DNA of 63,993 bases, counting the filler, from Octopus bimaculoides (lineage: Eukaryota): NCBI RefSeq assembly GCF_001194135.2. It is 7 parts of 7 records of this genome, joined end to end, with 100 filler letters (N's around TTAATTAATTAA, not from the genome) between each part and the next. Parts side by side here need not be neighbours in the genome. Positions count along the whole stretch, not along the records: positions 50,171 to 58,544 come from NC_069006.1; positions 58,645 to 62,692 come from NC_068993.1; positions 62,793 to 63,993 come from NW_026362204.1; 4 more parts are not named here. One strand, written 5' to 3'. The notes beneath the pieces were generated by a model. That model was not told the origin of the DNA. It saw only the letters and a list, made by a program, of their open reading frames with translations, and searched no databases. Position numbers and translations under genes: made by a program. Positions within the stretch are counted from its first letter, which is position 1, and each line of letters begins with the position of its first letter. Shown one piece after another: positions 50,514 through 63,993 of the stretch.

Positions 50514-50753
50514 ACTACTACTACTACAACCACCCTAGTAAATGGTAAATATTTATCACCACACGAACACCACGATCACAACTATCATCATGATTGTCAT
50601 CATCATCATCGTCATCATCATCATCATCATCCTCATTGTCATCTCGAACACCTTTACAATAACTGCTCGCTTCCACCACCACCACCACAACCGCCGCTGC
50701 CGCTGCCGCCACCACCACCACCATCTCAACCTTGGTCACTTTTATACCATCAT
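50171..50753. repeat. Compound low-complexity trinucleotide tract (TAG/GGT/GCC/CTA/CAT/CCA)
   Basis: Direct reading. Confidence 0.9.
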
Positions 50754-51659
50754 NNNNNNNNNNNNNNNNNNNNNNNNNNNNNNNNNNNNNNNNNNNNNNN
50801 NNNNNNNNNNNNNNNNNNNNNNNNNNNNNNNNNNNNNNNNNNNNNNNNNNNNNNNNNNNNNNNNNNNNNNNNNNNNNNNNNNNNNNNNNNNNNNNNNNNN
50901 NNNNNNNNNNNNNNNNNNNNNNNNNNNNNNNNNNNNNNNNNNNNNNNNNNNNNNNNNNNNNNNNNNNNNNNNNNNNNNNNNNNNNNNNNNNNNNNNNNNN
51001 NNNNNNNNNNNNNNNNNNNNNNNNNNNNNNNNNNNNNNNNNNNNNNNNNNNNNNNNNNNNNNNNNNNNNNNNNNNNNNNNNNNNNNNNNNNNNNNNNNNN
51101 NNNNNNNNNNNNNNNNNNNNNNNNNNNNNNNNNNNNNNNNNNNNNNNNNNNNNNNNNNNNNNNNNNNNNNNNNNNNNNNNNNNNNNNNNNNNNNNNNNNN
51201 NNNNNNNNNNNNNNNNNNNNNNNNNNNNNNNNNNNNNNNNNNNNNNNNNNNNNNNNNNNNNNNNNNNNNNNNNNNNNNNNNNNNNNNNNNNNNNNNNNNN
51301 NNNNNNNNNNNNNNNNNNNNNNNNNNNNNNNNNNNNNNNNNNNNNNNNNNNNNNNNNNNNNNNNNNNNNNNNNNNNNNNNNNNNNNNNNNNNNNNNNNNN
51401 NNNNNNNNNNNNNNNNNNNNNNNNNNNNNNNNNNNNNNNNNNNNNNNNNNNNNNNNNNNNNNNNNNNNNNNNNNNNNNNNNNAATATAGCGACAGACAGA
51501 TAGATAGCTAGATAGATAGACATTCTATATATATAATTCAACGTGTTAAAATAAGAACAGCTTTTTTCGTGGTTTGGGATTTTACTTCTATTTCTAGCGT
51601 GTTGGCTTTTCCCTTCGTGTATAATTTTTATACACACATGATATAATAATTTTTTTCTG

Positions 51660-51810
51660 CTTTAGGCACAAGGCCCTAAATTTTTGGGTCAGGGGCCTGT
51701 CAATTAGATCGACCTCAGTACGCAACTGATACTTAATTTATCGACCACGAAAGGATGAAAGTCGACTTCGGCGGAATTTGAACTCAGAACGTAAAGACAG
51801 ACAGACGGAC
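51660..51810 (-). mobile_element. SINE-like family A
   Basis: aatttatcgaccacgaaaggatgaaagtcgacttcggcggaatttgaactcagaacg. Confidence 0.82.
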
Positions 51811-52498
51811 ATTTTTACTCACGCAGGCCACCGATTAATTTTTACCCCTATATATATATATATAATCTTCTAGATAGACAAATAAGTAGATAGAGAGAAG
51901 GACAGACAGAAAGAATGAGAGAACAGGAAGACACAGAGATGAATAGATAGATAGATAGATAGACAGATAAATAGATAGATAGACAGAAACAGATAGATAG
52001 ATAGGTAGACAGAAATATAGACAGGTAGATACACAGACAGATAGAGAAATACATAGATAGACATGAAGATAGAATAAACAGATAAGCAAAAAGATTGCAA
52101 GATGGATAGACAGACAGATAAAAAGATAGACAGACACATAGTTAGACAGTTAACTAGATAGACTGACAGTGATATACAGACACAAGAGTGATAGATAGAC
52201 TGACATATAAGTAGAGAAAGAAAAAGGGCAACAGTTAACGGTTTTTAAAGATAGCCTGGTTAAATAAAGTTTGTTTTTTTGAGTCTTCCCACCATTTCCT
52301 TTTTCTAAGTTGCTCCTCCTTTCATTCAGAATAAATAAATAAGTAAAGCAACAGGGAAACAACAACAATAAGAACAATAAGAAAAAAGGGAAACAATAAC
52401 AGCAAAGAAAACCCCTTAAAATAAATATAAACACAAGAAGAAAAAGAGAAAGCCTTTTCTTTCTCTGTCTCTCTCTCTTGAATGACACATTTATCTTC

Positions 52499-52543
<45 letters not shown>

Positions 52544-52772
52544 AGCATACATATGATTATGTATGTTTGTATATATATATGTATGTATATATATGTGTGT
52601 GTGTGTGTGTATATGTGTGTATGTATGTATATGTGTACATATATATATATATATGTATGTATGTGTGTATATATATTGCTGTGTGAGGGAGTTTGTATGG
52701 AGGTATGTATATGAGTGTCTAGAGGAAAGGGAGTATGTATATGTGTATATGTGTGAATATATATATATACAT

Positions 52773-52818
<46 letters not shown>

Positions 52819-53029
52819 GACACACAGAGAAAACTACTGGGACGTGAGATCTATTTTCTTTCTTGACACCACACACACACCACCACCACCAATGCCACCA
52901 TTTAATAGAGCTGCTGCCACATTCAGTTAAGGAATATACTACACTACGACCAAAATTATATACACGCGCACACGTAATGTGTAACAACTAATGTATAAGA
53001 TGTATAAATATATTATATATCCTATTCTT

Positions 53030-53350
53030 TTTAGTCTTGTATTTGAGTGCGGCCATGCTGGAGCACCGCCTTTACTCGAGCAAACCGACCCCAGGACTTA
53101 TTCCTTGTAGGCCTAGTACTTATTCCATCGATATCTTTTGCCGAACCGCTGGATTACAGGGGCGTAAACACACCAACATCGGTTGTCAAGCGATAGTGAA
53201 GGAGACAAACACAAATATATATATGACGGGCTTCTTTCCGTCTTGGGTCGGCGCGAGGCCATAGAAGACACTTGCCCAAAGCGTCACGCAGTGGGATTGA
53301 ACCCGGAACCATGTGGTTGGGAAGCAAGCTATTTACCACAGCCACTCCTG
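53030..53350. mobile_element. Family D repeat (+, 53030-53200) next to family C SINE (-, 53222-53350)
   Basis: Matches other copies in the window. Confidence 0.82.
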
Positions 53351-53351
53351 C

Positions 53352-53400
<49 letters not shown>

Positions 53401-53750
53401 NNNNNNNNNNNNNNNNNNNNNNNNNNNNNNNNNNNNNNNNNNNNNNNNNNNNNNNNNNNNNNNNNNNNNNNNNNNNNNNNNNNNNNNNNNNNNNNNNNNN
53501 NNNNNNNNNNNNNNNNNNNNNNNNNNNNNNNNNNNNNNNNNNNNNNNNNNNNNNNNNNNNNNNNNNNNNNNNNNNNNNNNNNNNNNNNNNNNNNNNNNNN
53601 NNNNNNNNNNNNNNNNNNNNNNNNNNNNNNNNNNNNNNNNNNNNNNNNNNNNNNNNNNNNNNNNNNNNNNNNNNNNNNNNNNNNNNNNNNNNNNNNNNNN
53701 NNNNNNNNNNNNNNNNNNNNNNNNNNNNNNNNNNNNNNNNNNNNNNNNNN

Positions 53751-53782
53751 NTGTATATGTATATATGTATATGTATATATGT

Positions 53783-53815
<33 letters not shown>

Positions 53816-53822
53816 TATATGT

Positions 53823-53855
<33 letters not shown>

Positions 53856-54090
53856 TATATGTATATGTATATGTATATATGTATATGTATATATGTATAT
53901 GTATATATATATGTATATATGTATGTATGTATGTATATATATGTATATATGTATGTATATATATACATGTATGTATGTATATATATACATGTGTGTATGT
54001 ATATATATATATATGTGTGTATGTATGTATATATATATATATGTGTGTATGTATATATATATATATGTATCATACATGCATATATATACA
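53751..54090. repeat. (TATATG)n / TA-rich microsatellite
   Basis: Direct reading. Confidence 0.95.
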
Positions 54091-54574
54091 CATATCTAAA
54101 TCTAACTCTCTGGCTGTCTGTACATTAATTCTGTCTACTCTAGAACCTGCTTAACTGAATTGTGGTGGACATGATGAAAAGCGCTCCAGCAGTGACACTC
54201 ACGACGCATTTTACCAGGTTCGAAAGATCGCCGAACGACATTATCCAAAGTGTAGGCATACGCACGCATACACACACACACACACACACACACACAAGTT
54301 ATATACAATCATGTGGATGGATATATGCTTTTGCGCACACACACACACACACACACACAAAATATATATAATTCGATTGCCTATAACACAAAAATTTCAA
54401 CATCACAAGCGTACAAATCCATTCCTACCTACACACATACATACACGCATGCATACATACATACACGCATATGAAAACTCACGTTTCTTTATGATTTCTG
54501 CAGCTAAAAACTTAATGCATTTTAAATTTCAACTGTTAATTTCTCTATATTTGCGCATGTGAGTGTATAATATA

Positions 54575-54608
<34 letters not shown>

Positions 54609-55074
54609 CACTTAGCTATATGTTATGTATTTAAAGGTTCATTATGAATATACTATTACAATATATATACATATGTATGCATACTGCATATGTATATATA
54701 TGTATATCTATACATATATATATATATATGTATGTATACATATATACATGTGTATATATGTATGTCTGTGTATATATATATATATGTGTATATATATATA
54801 TACGTATACATATATGTATATATATATATATATGTATGTATATATATATATATATATAATTTTTTTGATAATTTTTCCACTTTAATATATAGAAGTTTAT
54901 AAATCATTAGGTTATAAATAATTTTTCCACTAAAACAAGTGGAAAAATTATTTAAAAAGTCATTCCTATTCACTTTCTCAAATATATAAAACTGCACTAA
55001 GGGCTTCCAGTTTCTAATTCCTTCCTATCTATCTATCTATCTATCTATCTACATGTTTTTTACATTCACTGCGA

Positions 55075-55270
55075 TACACGATCCCTATTGATCGAAACGT
55101 TTTTTTTTTTTTTTTTCTTCCGCGATCCCTTTTGATCGAAATCCCCACCTTTTTTTTTCCGCGATCCCTTTTGATCGAAATTATCTCCCCCCCCCCCAAG
55201 AAAAGCTCTACTTTGTAATTTGTCCATTTTCTGTATTTAGCCCTGTGTGACTATAATAAAAAGATATCTA
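55075..55270. repeat. Interspersed repeat with three internal GATCCC(T/A)TTGATCGAAA units; inverted copy at 17709-17811
   Basis: aagaaaagctctac(t/a)ttgtaatttgtccattttctgtatttagccctgtgtg shared by both sites. Confidence 0.85.
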
Positions 55271-55669
55271 CATATACGAGGAGGTGCTGAAAAATACCTG
55301 GCTTTTAAAGGTGTCGCGAAAGGCCTTGGTTGGAAACCAAACTCTCCGAGTTCTTTTACAGGGCTTAGAAAAACTAAAGGACCGCTGCAATAATTGTCTG
55401 AATATGTTGAATAAAATCATAANNNNNNNNNNNNNNNNNNNNNNNNNNNNNNNNNNNNNNNNNNNNNNNNNNNNNNNNNNNNNNNNNNNNNNNNNNNNNN
55501 NNNNNNNNNNNNNNNNNNNNNNNNNNNNNNNNNNNNNNNNNNNNNNNNNNNNNNNNNNNNNNNNNNNNNNNNNNNNNNNNNNNNNNNNNNNNNNNNNNNN
55601 NNNNNNNNNNNNNNNNNNNNNNNNNNNNNNNNNNNNNNNNNNNNNNNAAAGTCACGCATCGATGTTGAG

Positions 55670-55841
55670 CAGCATTTCGTTTGTCTTCATGTTCTGAGTT
55701 CAAACTGCACCGAGGTCGACTTTATTTTTCATCCTTTCGGGGTCGATAAATTAAGAACCAGTGAAACGCTGTGGTCGATGTAATCGCCTTATCCCCCACC
55801 GCCACCCCAAAATTTCAGGCCTTGTGCCTATAGTAGAAAGG

Positions 55842-55877
<36 letters not shown>

Positions 55878-56075
55878 CTAAAGGCGGCGAGCTGGCAGAA
55901 TCGTTAGCACACTGGGAGAAATGCTTAGCGGTATTTCGTCTGCTCCGAGTTCAAATTCCGTAGAGGTCGACTTTGCCTTTCATCCTTTTAGGGACGATAA
56001 ATTAAGCACTGTGGTCGATATAATCGACTAGTCTCCTCCCCACAGATTTGAGGCCTTGTGCCTCCAGAAGAAAGG
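55670..56075 (+). mobile_element. Two head-to-tail family A SINEs separated by an (ATT)n tail
   Basis: 55670-55835 then (att)n then aaggcggcgagctggcagaatcgttag at 55881. Confidence 0.85.
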
Positions 56076-56846
56076 AATATTATTAATATTATTATTATTA
56101 ATAATTTTGTTCATCATGTACAGGTACGTACGTATTCATCGTCCTTTTAAGCATTGTATATTTTATTTTAAAGAAATCGTAACATGTCTGACTATTTCCC
56201 GAGCGTACTGACCTTCTGTGCATGACTTTTGACCCACCATGTACGTACACACACGCAAACTATTACACGTATTGTCACACAAGCGCATACACAATTTCAG
56301 TGAATGGAATATTCAACACGGTTTCGATTCCAGGTAGTAACTATTTTAGTAGATTATACATCATTTCATTTTCCTCAAATTAAACGGCGTTTGTTTGCTG
56401 GCCACGTCTTACGTCGCACCGTTTCAGTTCGTCTTATTTTTTAAATGAACAAAAATAAGCTAACACACACAATTTATAACATCTATGTATGTATGTGTGT
56501 GTATATATTCACATCCAGTATGAATATATATTACTATATATTATATGCGTATAAAATATACATTGTCTGGGGAGGGTCATTGTGTTTTGATGCCTCATTA
56601 ATTAACACACACACACACACCGATTTGATTTCCACTCATTTACTTCATTTTTTCTAAAATTTTCGTTACTTCTCACAACCTCTTCAATACTCGTTGAAAA
56701 CACAAAAACGAAATATACATTATCACACACACACATATATATATACACATATATTATATATATATATATACTATATATATGTTAAATGTTAAATACAAAC
56801 ACACACATACATACAAAGGCTCAGGCGTCGTTGTGGTTCCCAGCTG

Positions 56847-56877
<31 letters not shown>

Positions 56878-57642
56878 CCTTAGATGGAATTTATTTATCC
56901 TACATTATAGCGGCACAGTTCGATGCGACCCAAAAATGTGCTATTTGCCATTTGGCATTATTAGGTTGTAGCTGGCGTAATAGAACAGCAGCTTTTATAT
57001 CCATATTCAAACCGTTTCCCCGCAAACGAACTTAAAGGATATATATACATGTGTATACATACATGCATACATATAGTACTGTGCCTTCTTGTGCTATACC
57101 TACCGCTTTCGGCTTTTGGGCCAGCAAGCGCCTCCATGCCAAATTCTAAACAGTTATGATATTTCTTAGACAAGACGCTTCAGTAGTTCTACCATTGTAT
57201 TCTAAGGGCTATTTTTACAGTATATTTTACTAGTTCCCTAGTTTCCCTAATGTACCCTTGAGGCACAGGGACTCTTTAATCGTTAAGTAGGACTCACGCG
57301 ACCCAGGGGCATGTCCATACAGTAGACGGTCTCTGTGACATATATCTTAGGACGCGATCTCTTTGAAGTCCGGTATGTTTCAATCACCGGACCACCTTCA
57401 GCTGTTTGACCCATAACTGGGGCCTTTGACAGGTGCTAGCACCCTTGGTCAATGCAGATTAATGATTTTCTCTGTATGATATATACACACACATACACAT
57501 ACTAGGGTTCTAGCTAGTGTCTGTCCCACATGTACGCTTTAGTAGTATTTAATGCATAGAATAACTGAACGCCACACATCTCGACTTTCGTTAGCAGTAA
57601 GTTTATATATATGTTGTGTGTGTGTATATATATATATGTATG

Positions 57643-57704
<62 letters not shown>

Positions 57705-57883
57705 TATACACAAACACACACAAACACACTATACATACATCTATCTGTCTAAATAATATATCTATGTATATATACATATGTATGAATATTTTGTATAAAT
57801 TATATATATATATATATATATTTTTCATTTCAAAGTGTATGAATACACATATATATACTTATATATGGACACATGTATGTATG

Positions 57884-57926
<43 letters not shown>

Positions 57927-58098
57927 GCATGTATGTATATGTCCTTATGTATGAATATATATACATGCACGTATACATTCTTAAACAAGAACGTTGTTGA
58001 CAGTGACTTCGAAGTCTCGGCCAGTTAAGCCATCACCGGACCAGGCTGTATATACATACATGCATACACACACACACACATGTATGTATGTATGTATG

Positions 58099-58130
<32 letters not shown>

Positions 58131-58779
58131 CGCCCTACAGAGAATATTTCTATAACCCTGAGACTATATATTCTATAGAGAAAGTGGGGGAAAAAAAGCA
58201 ACAGAAAGTTCAACAACGACAGAAACGAAGTCTTCCCTAATCAGAAAGTTTATATATAATAAATCGGTGCTTTTCATCAAATTTACCTGGCAGTGACGTT
58301 AAAAAGATGACAGGTATATATCTTTCTCTCAACTACCTCCGGGATAGGAAGCTTGACATTCACATTTAAAGGTTACCATTTAAAGGAGAACTAGATGGGG
58401 ATTTGACAGACCAAATAAACAAGAATTCCATCAGACGAATGTATACACATACATACATACACAAGTATGCCTGCGGATACTACAGGTATAGTTTCAATTC
58501 GTTTAATATATATATATAGTATATGTATATATATATATATATATNNNNNNNNNNNNNNNNNNNNNNNNNNNNNNNNNNNNNNNNNNNNTTAATTAATTAA
58601 NNNNNNNNNNNNNNNNNNNNNNNNNNNNNNNNNNNNNNNNNNNNCACACACACACACACACACGTTTACGTCTGTATTGAAGAGTGCAGAAACACTAGCA
58701 AAAGGTAATATGTGTAAGTATATACGCATACACATTTATATCACATATGCAGACACAGTCACATTCACAAAAGAAACTA

Positions 58780-58822
<43 letters not shown>

Positions 58823-59199
58823 AAACATACGTCATAACTTGGGGCTGTGCCTAGCAAAAGGCAGGATATAGTTTGTAGAATAATTGTGTCGATACGTGTA
58901 AATGCGTGTGTGTATGCGTGTGTTCGTAATTGCTATAATTGTATATATTTATGTGTGTTATATGTAATTGTCATAATTATGCAGATTTGTGCTTGTGTGT
59001 GTGTGTGTGTGTGTGTTAAAAATATGCACCATTTCCACACAGAGCTGATCGTTCGACTTGTTGATAGTGTGAAGATGTCCAACTTGAAGTGAGGCAGGTG
59101 CTGCCATCTGGTTCCCCTTTTGTTTAACATCATCTTCCTCAATTGTCTTGGCAGACTTTTATATATTTCGACTTCTTTTTGGTTTGCAAGATTCTTGAT

Positions 59200-59375
59200 G
59201 TGAACTCGGTGTGTTGAAACATATTTTGTTGTATCTTGGCGGTTCGGCAAAAGATACCTATAGAATAAGTACTAGGCTCAAAAAATAAGTCTTGGAGTCG
59301 ATTTGTTCGACTAAAACCTTTCAAGGCGGTGCTCCAGTATGGCCGCAGTCAAATGACTGAAGCAAGTAAAGGAAT
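59200..59375 (-). mobile_element. Family D repeat
   Basis: ggcggtgctccagtatggccgcagtcaaatgactgaagcaagtaaa. Confidence 0.82.
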
Positions 59376-59562
59376 AAAATGTGTGTGTGTGTATATACAT
59401 ATACGCACAAACATACATACACCCATATACATATATACCCATGCACTAGCGTATGGAGTGGGGTGGGGCGGTAGGGGTGGTCCTCCCCGGGCAGCAAACA
59501 CACTAGCTACGCTATGCATATATATATATAACTGTATATAATGACATTATACATAATATACA

Positions 59563-59605
<43 letters not shown>

Positions 59606-59970
59606 NNNNNNNNNNNNNNNNNNNNNNNNNNNNNNNNNNNNNNNNNNNNNNNNNNNNNNNNNNNNNNNNNNNNNNNNNNNNNNNNNNNNNNNNNNNNNNN
59701 NNNNNNNNNNNNNNNNNNNNNNNNNNNNNNNNNNNNNNNNNNNNNNNNNNNNNNNNNNNNNNNNNNNNNNNNNNNNNNNNNNNNNNNNNNNNNNNNNNNN
59801 NNNNNNNNNNNNNNNNNNNNNNNNNNNNNNNNNNNNNNNNNNNNNNNNNNNNNNNNNNNNNNNNNNNNNNNNNNNNNNNNNNNNNNNNNNNNNNNNNNNN
59901 NNNNNNNNNNNNNNNNNNNNNNNNNNNNNNNNNNNNNNNNNNNNNNNNNNNNNNNNNNNNNNNNNNNNNN

Positions 59971-60017
<47 letters not shown>

Positions 60018-60160
60018 CGAAGGGCTTCTTTCCTACTAAATCTACTCACAAGGCTTTGGTCGGCCTGAGGCTATGGTAGAAGACACATGCCCAAGGTGCC
60101 ACGCAGTGGGACTGAACCCAGAACCATGTGGTTGGGAAGCAAGCTTCTTACCAACAACCA
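60018..60160 (-). mobile_element. SINE family C (CORE-like)
   Basis: agaagacacatgcccaaggtgccacgcagtgggactgaaccc. Confidence 0.8.
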
Positions 60161-60436
60161 CGCCTGCTGTATGTATGCACGTGTGTGTATGTATGTATAT
60201 ATGTATGCACGTGTGTGTTTGTGTGTTTTCGTGAGTGTGCGTGCGTGCGTGTGTGTATGTGTGTACGTGGGGGCTTGTCATGTGTGGTGATGAATCTATG
60301 CGACTGCATTATTTTCAATACACTTTTTTGTGTGATGTTAACTTCTTGGAAACCTTCCAATGAGACCCTCACCAATATCTGACTTGAGAACACATGTAAA
60401 TGAGGCCGAGGTCACGTGCATGTATTTATATGTATG

Positions 60437-60500
<64 letters not shown>

Positions 60501-60779
60501 CACACATGTTAGAGTGTGTGTAAATAGAAAGGGTGGTTTGATGGGGTGGAAGGCGATGCCGTATTCACAAAGAGAACCCTGGTCCCCAAAGATTTTAACT
60601 ACGTCTGTTAGAGTTCAGATAAGCAGCTTTCTGGGGATTGACACAGTGAGGGAGGCGGGGTGGATGGTGTCTAGTTTGCTCTTGTTGCTGTTTGTAGTGG
60701 TGTGGGTGGTAGTAGTGGTGTTGGTGGCGGAGAAATGTTTTTATGAATATCTCGTGACGGCTCTGACCACCTGGTATCA

Positions 60780-61215
60780 ACTATCGTGTGATTAGACTGG
60801 CATGAATACTGGAGGTGGCGCTGGTGGCGTTGATCACGGCGCTTGGGGCGTGGGTGGTGTTAATGATTGTTGTGGTGATGGTGGTGGTGATAGCGATGAT
60901 GGCGTTGATAGTGGTATTGGCGATGATGTTGTTGCTGATGGTGATGATGCTGATGACGATGATGTTGCTGACGATCGTGATGCCGATGATGGTGGCGGTG
61001 GGGGTGGTGATGATGGGGGTGACGAGGTGGGGGTGAGGAAATGGTGGTTGTGGGGGGGCCATTGTGGTAGTAACAGCAATGATGTGGTGACGGCCATGAT
61101 GGTGGTGATGACGATAGAGGGGGGTCGATGGTGGTGGCGATGGTGATGATAGCTGTTGTGGTGATGGTAGTGGTGGTGATGGTGGTAATGGTGGTTGTGG
61201 GGAGGGCGATGGTGG
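60780..61215. repeat. Degenerate (GGT/GAT)n tract
   Basis: Direct reading. Confidence 0.9.
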
Positions 61216-62136
61216 AAGTGTGAGTCCATCAGTCCATCCAGCCAGCCAGCCATCTATGTATGTATGTATCTGTCTGTCTGTCTGTCTGTCTCTGTCTCCG
61301 TCTCTGTCTCTCTGTCTCTCTGTCTCTCTCTCTCTATCTATCTATCTATCCATCTATCTATCTATAAATGTTGAAGCTGATTTGACGAAGTCGAGCTTTC
61401 AGTCTCTTCTTTTGTGCGCCTGAAGATGAAGGGTTTCGCATAACTTAAATTTCGTACCAAAATTACGGAGAAGAAAACAAGATTGACACCGGCCCCGAAC
61501 AAAAAAAATAAATGCTGAAAAGCCAATGGAATAAAACGAATGAATCAAGAATCGAAACTTCAATGAAGAATTTACTGCTTCAATGGAAATTTAGAAACAC
61601 TACCATGAGCGTTCGATGTATTTCGCTTGTTTGAGCATGGCTCGAAAAACTACTTGCAACACACATTTATTAAATACACAAAAACACACGCACCCAAAAT
61701 TATATAAACAAATACATATACCAATCTACAACAACATCTACTTCACAATATCACACACTCCCGAAAGATTTTCCTTCATTTTCGTCTCCGAGTTTAACGT
61801 GCTAGACGCCATCAGCAACACAGATCGCAATTGTTCGCTTGTTGGAAAAGCGATGTCACTCTGGCGTCATGAGGTTTTTGAAGGATATGACGTCATCACC
61901 TGCACGGCCACCGTTGTAATACAGCTGCCCCACCTCACTCCAGACATATAAATACACATGTAGACATCTCTTACATATACATACATGTGTATCTAGACTT
62001 AGTTATAGGTACATATACATGCATACATAAGTCTGTGTAAGACACATAATGTCTACTTTTATATGTGTGTATATATGTGTGTATATATATATATATATGT
62101 GAAAGACATATAATGTCTACCTATTTGTGATGTATA

Positions 62137-62202
<66 letters not shown>

Positions 62203-62438
62203 TATAGGTAAACACACGAACATAGATATATAAATATAGGTACACATATTCAAATACATACCCATTCACACATGTATATTTGATATATAAAGACACACAC
62301 ACACACACGTATAAATTACCCATATTTAAAATTATATCTATCTTTAGATATGTGAATACGGAGAGTAAATAAAATACAGGAAGAAATATAAATCCATACC
62401 ATAATATGCGTATACATACGCTCAGATGCATATGTATC

Positions 62439-62477
<39 letters not shown>

Positions 62478-62584
62478 ATAAATTGCTATATGCCTACACA
62501 AACCATGATACACCTAAGCCAGCAGACGAGCGTAAACATTAAACAACCGATACACATACGTATTGTTAAAACATCATACATACA

Positions 62585-62621
<37 letters not shown>

Positions 62622-63009
62622 TATATGCAGACTTGTATCTACGATCAGCTACCGAAAGTACAAATTTTAAATATATACATACATTCATATACNNNNNNNN
62701 NNNNNNNNNNNNNNNNNNNNNNNNNNNNNNNNNNNNTTAATTAATTAANNNNNNNNNNNNNNNNNNNNNNNNNNNNNNNNNNNNNNNNNNNNGAACTGCC
62801 CATCTGTAAAGTTAAACCATATCATAAGATCAGAATGTCGCTTCATTATTGCAACAAGATTTAGGGCCATGGGCACGATTCAAATCCATTATTCAGTTAT
62901 TCCTTTTAGTCTGAAATTTGGAATTTGGCTTTCTGTCATTTCCACTCCTGTATTACCATTTTATGACCATCTTGCTTAACAAAACACAGTGCAACATAGG
63001 GCAACAGTT

Positions 63010-63710
63010 TGATTATGGTGTAACACATTGATGGAGGTGTAACACTCTGATGAATGTGTAACACTTTGACACTAGTGCAATGTTGTAATGATAGTGTAAC
63101 ACTGTGATGATGATGTAACATTGTGATGCTGGTGTCACATGGTGACGGTGGTATAACTCTAGTGTTGTAATAATGGTATTATACAGCAGTAGAAATGTAA
63201 CACTGACAGTTATGTAACATTGACAGTTATGTAACACTGTAGTGTTGTGATAATGGTGTAACACCATAATCATGGTGTAACATTGTGACAGTGACATAAC
63301 ACTGTAACGTTGTGAGAATGATGTAGCACTGTAATGATGGTGTAACATTGTGACAGTGATGTAACACTATAATATTGTGATAATGGTGTGACACTGCAAT
63401 TATGGTGTAACATCTTGACAGTGATGTAACACTAATGTTGTAATAATGGTGTAACACTGCAATGATGATGTAACATTGTGACAATGGTGTAACACTGCAT
63501 AGTTGTGATAATGGTGTAACATTGTCATAGCAGTGTAACACTGTGATACTAGTATCATTTGAAACAATGGTTAAAACTATGGTGTTGGTGTAATACCATA
63601 ATAGTGTAAGAGAAGTGTAACATTGTGATAGTAATGTAACATGATAATAATGTAACATTACAATTATGATGTAACAATTCTGTGACAGCAGTGCAGAACT
63701 CTGATAGTGA
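63010..63710. repeat. Degenerate minisatellite built on GTGTAACA(C/T)TG
   Basis: More than 20 recurrences of tgtaaca at irregular spacing, often about 18-21 or 30 bp. Confidence 0.88.
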
Positions 63711-63943
63711 CATAAGACTTGGAGGAAATGTGACTCACTGGTCATTCAAGCAGCTAGAAATAGCAGCCCAAATCTCTCTTCGGTTATCACCTTACCATCT
63801 TAAAAACCAGAAGTACACATCGAATGTTGTAGTCTGGGGTACATTATGCTAGAAAAATAGAACTGTGTGATCATGTTTGCAATGTTTTTAATCATAGGTT
63901 CTCCTTAATCAGAGCTGACCTCAGGCCTAAACTACTAGAACAG

Positions 63944-63993
63944 CAACAACAACAACAATAACAACAACAACAACAACAACAACAATAACAACA
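63944..63993. repeat. (AAC)n microsatellite
   Basis: Direct reading. Confidence 0.95.

Noticed and set aside
50268-50753. His/Pro/Ala-rich ORF resembling a transcription-factor low-complexity region
   Set aside because: Compound trinucleotide tract next to a spacer; similar in all frames.
60781-61253. Gly/Asp-rich and Thr/His-rich overlapping ORFs
   Set aside because: Degenerate GGT/GAT microsatellite lacking stops by composition.
63010-63745. CRISPR array or Cys/His-rich protein
   Set aside because: Linkers are related to each other rather than unique spacers, the context is eukaryotic with no cas genes, and the ORFs are repeat translations.

Overview
AT-rich, microsatellite-saturated animal DNA. 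The repeat content suggests an octopus genome (inference, not verified). Six identical 100-bp artificial spacers (44 N + TTAATTAATTAA + 44 N) cut the window into seven segments whose adjacency is not shown by the sequence. The only host gene I can build is on the minus strand, 16698 to 776. It has 12 frame-consistent GT-AG exons (1515 nt, about 505 codons) encoding a receptor-type protein tyrosine phosphatase: partial galactose-binding-like domain, EGF-like, F-type-lectin/discoidin domain, two tandem EGF-like modules, TM helix, juxtamembrane region, then the first part of a PTP domain. The N-terminus is cut off by the first spacer and the catalytic core lies left of base 1. Notable points in the gene: a duplicated EGF exon, non-canonical lectin and KNRY motifs, and a candidate stop-containing copy of the juxtamembrane exon that could give a phosphatase-less isoform. 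The rest is decayed mobile DNA (Penelope-like, Tx1/L1-like, RTE, Helitron, Tc1/mariner/DD37D, several SINE families) plus a 236-bp spacerless palindrome, two degenerate hammerhead-like motifs and two internally inverted transposon fragments. Nearly all long ORFs in the supplied track are microsatellite or N-gap artefacts. All alignments and translations were done by eye.
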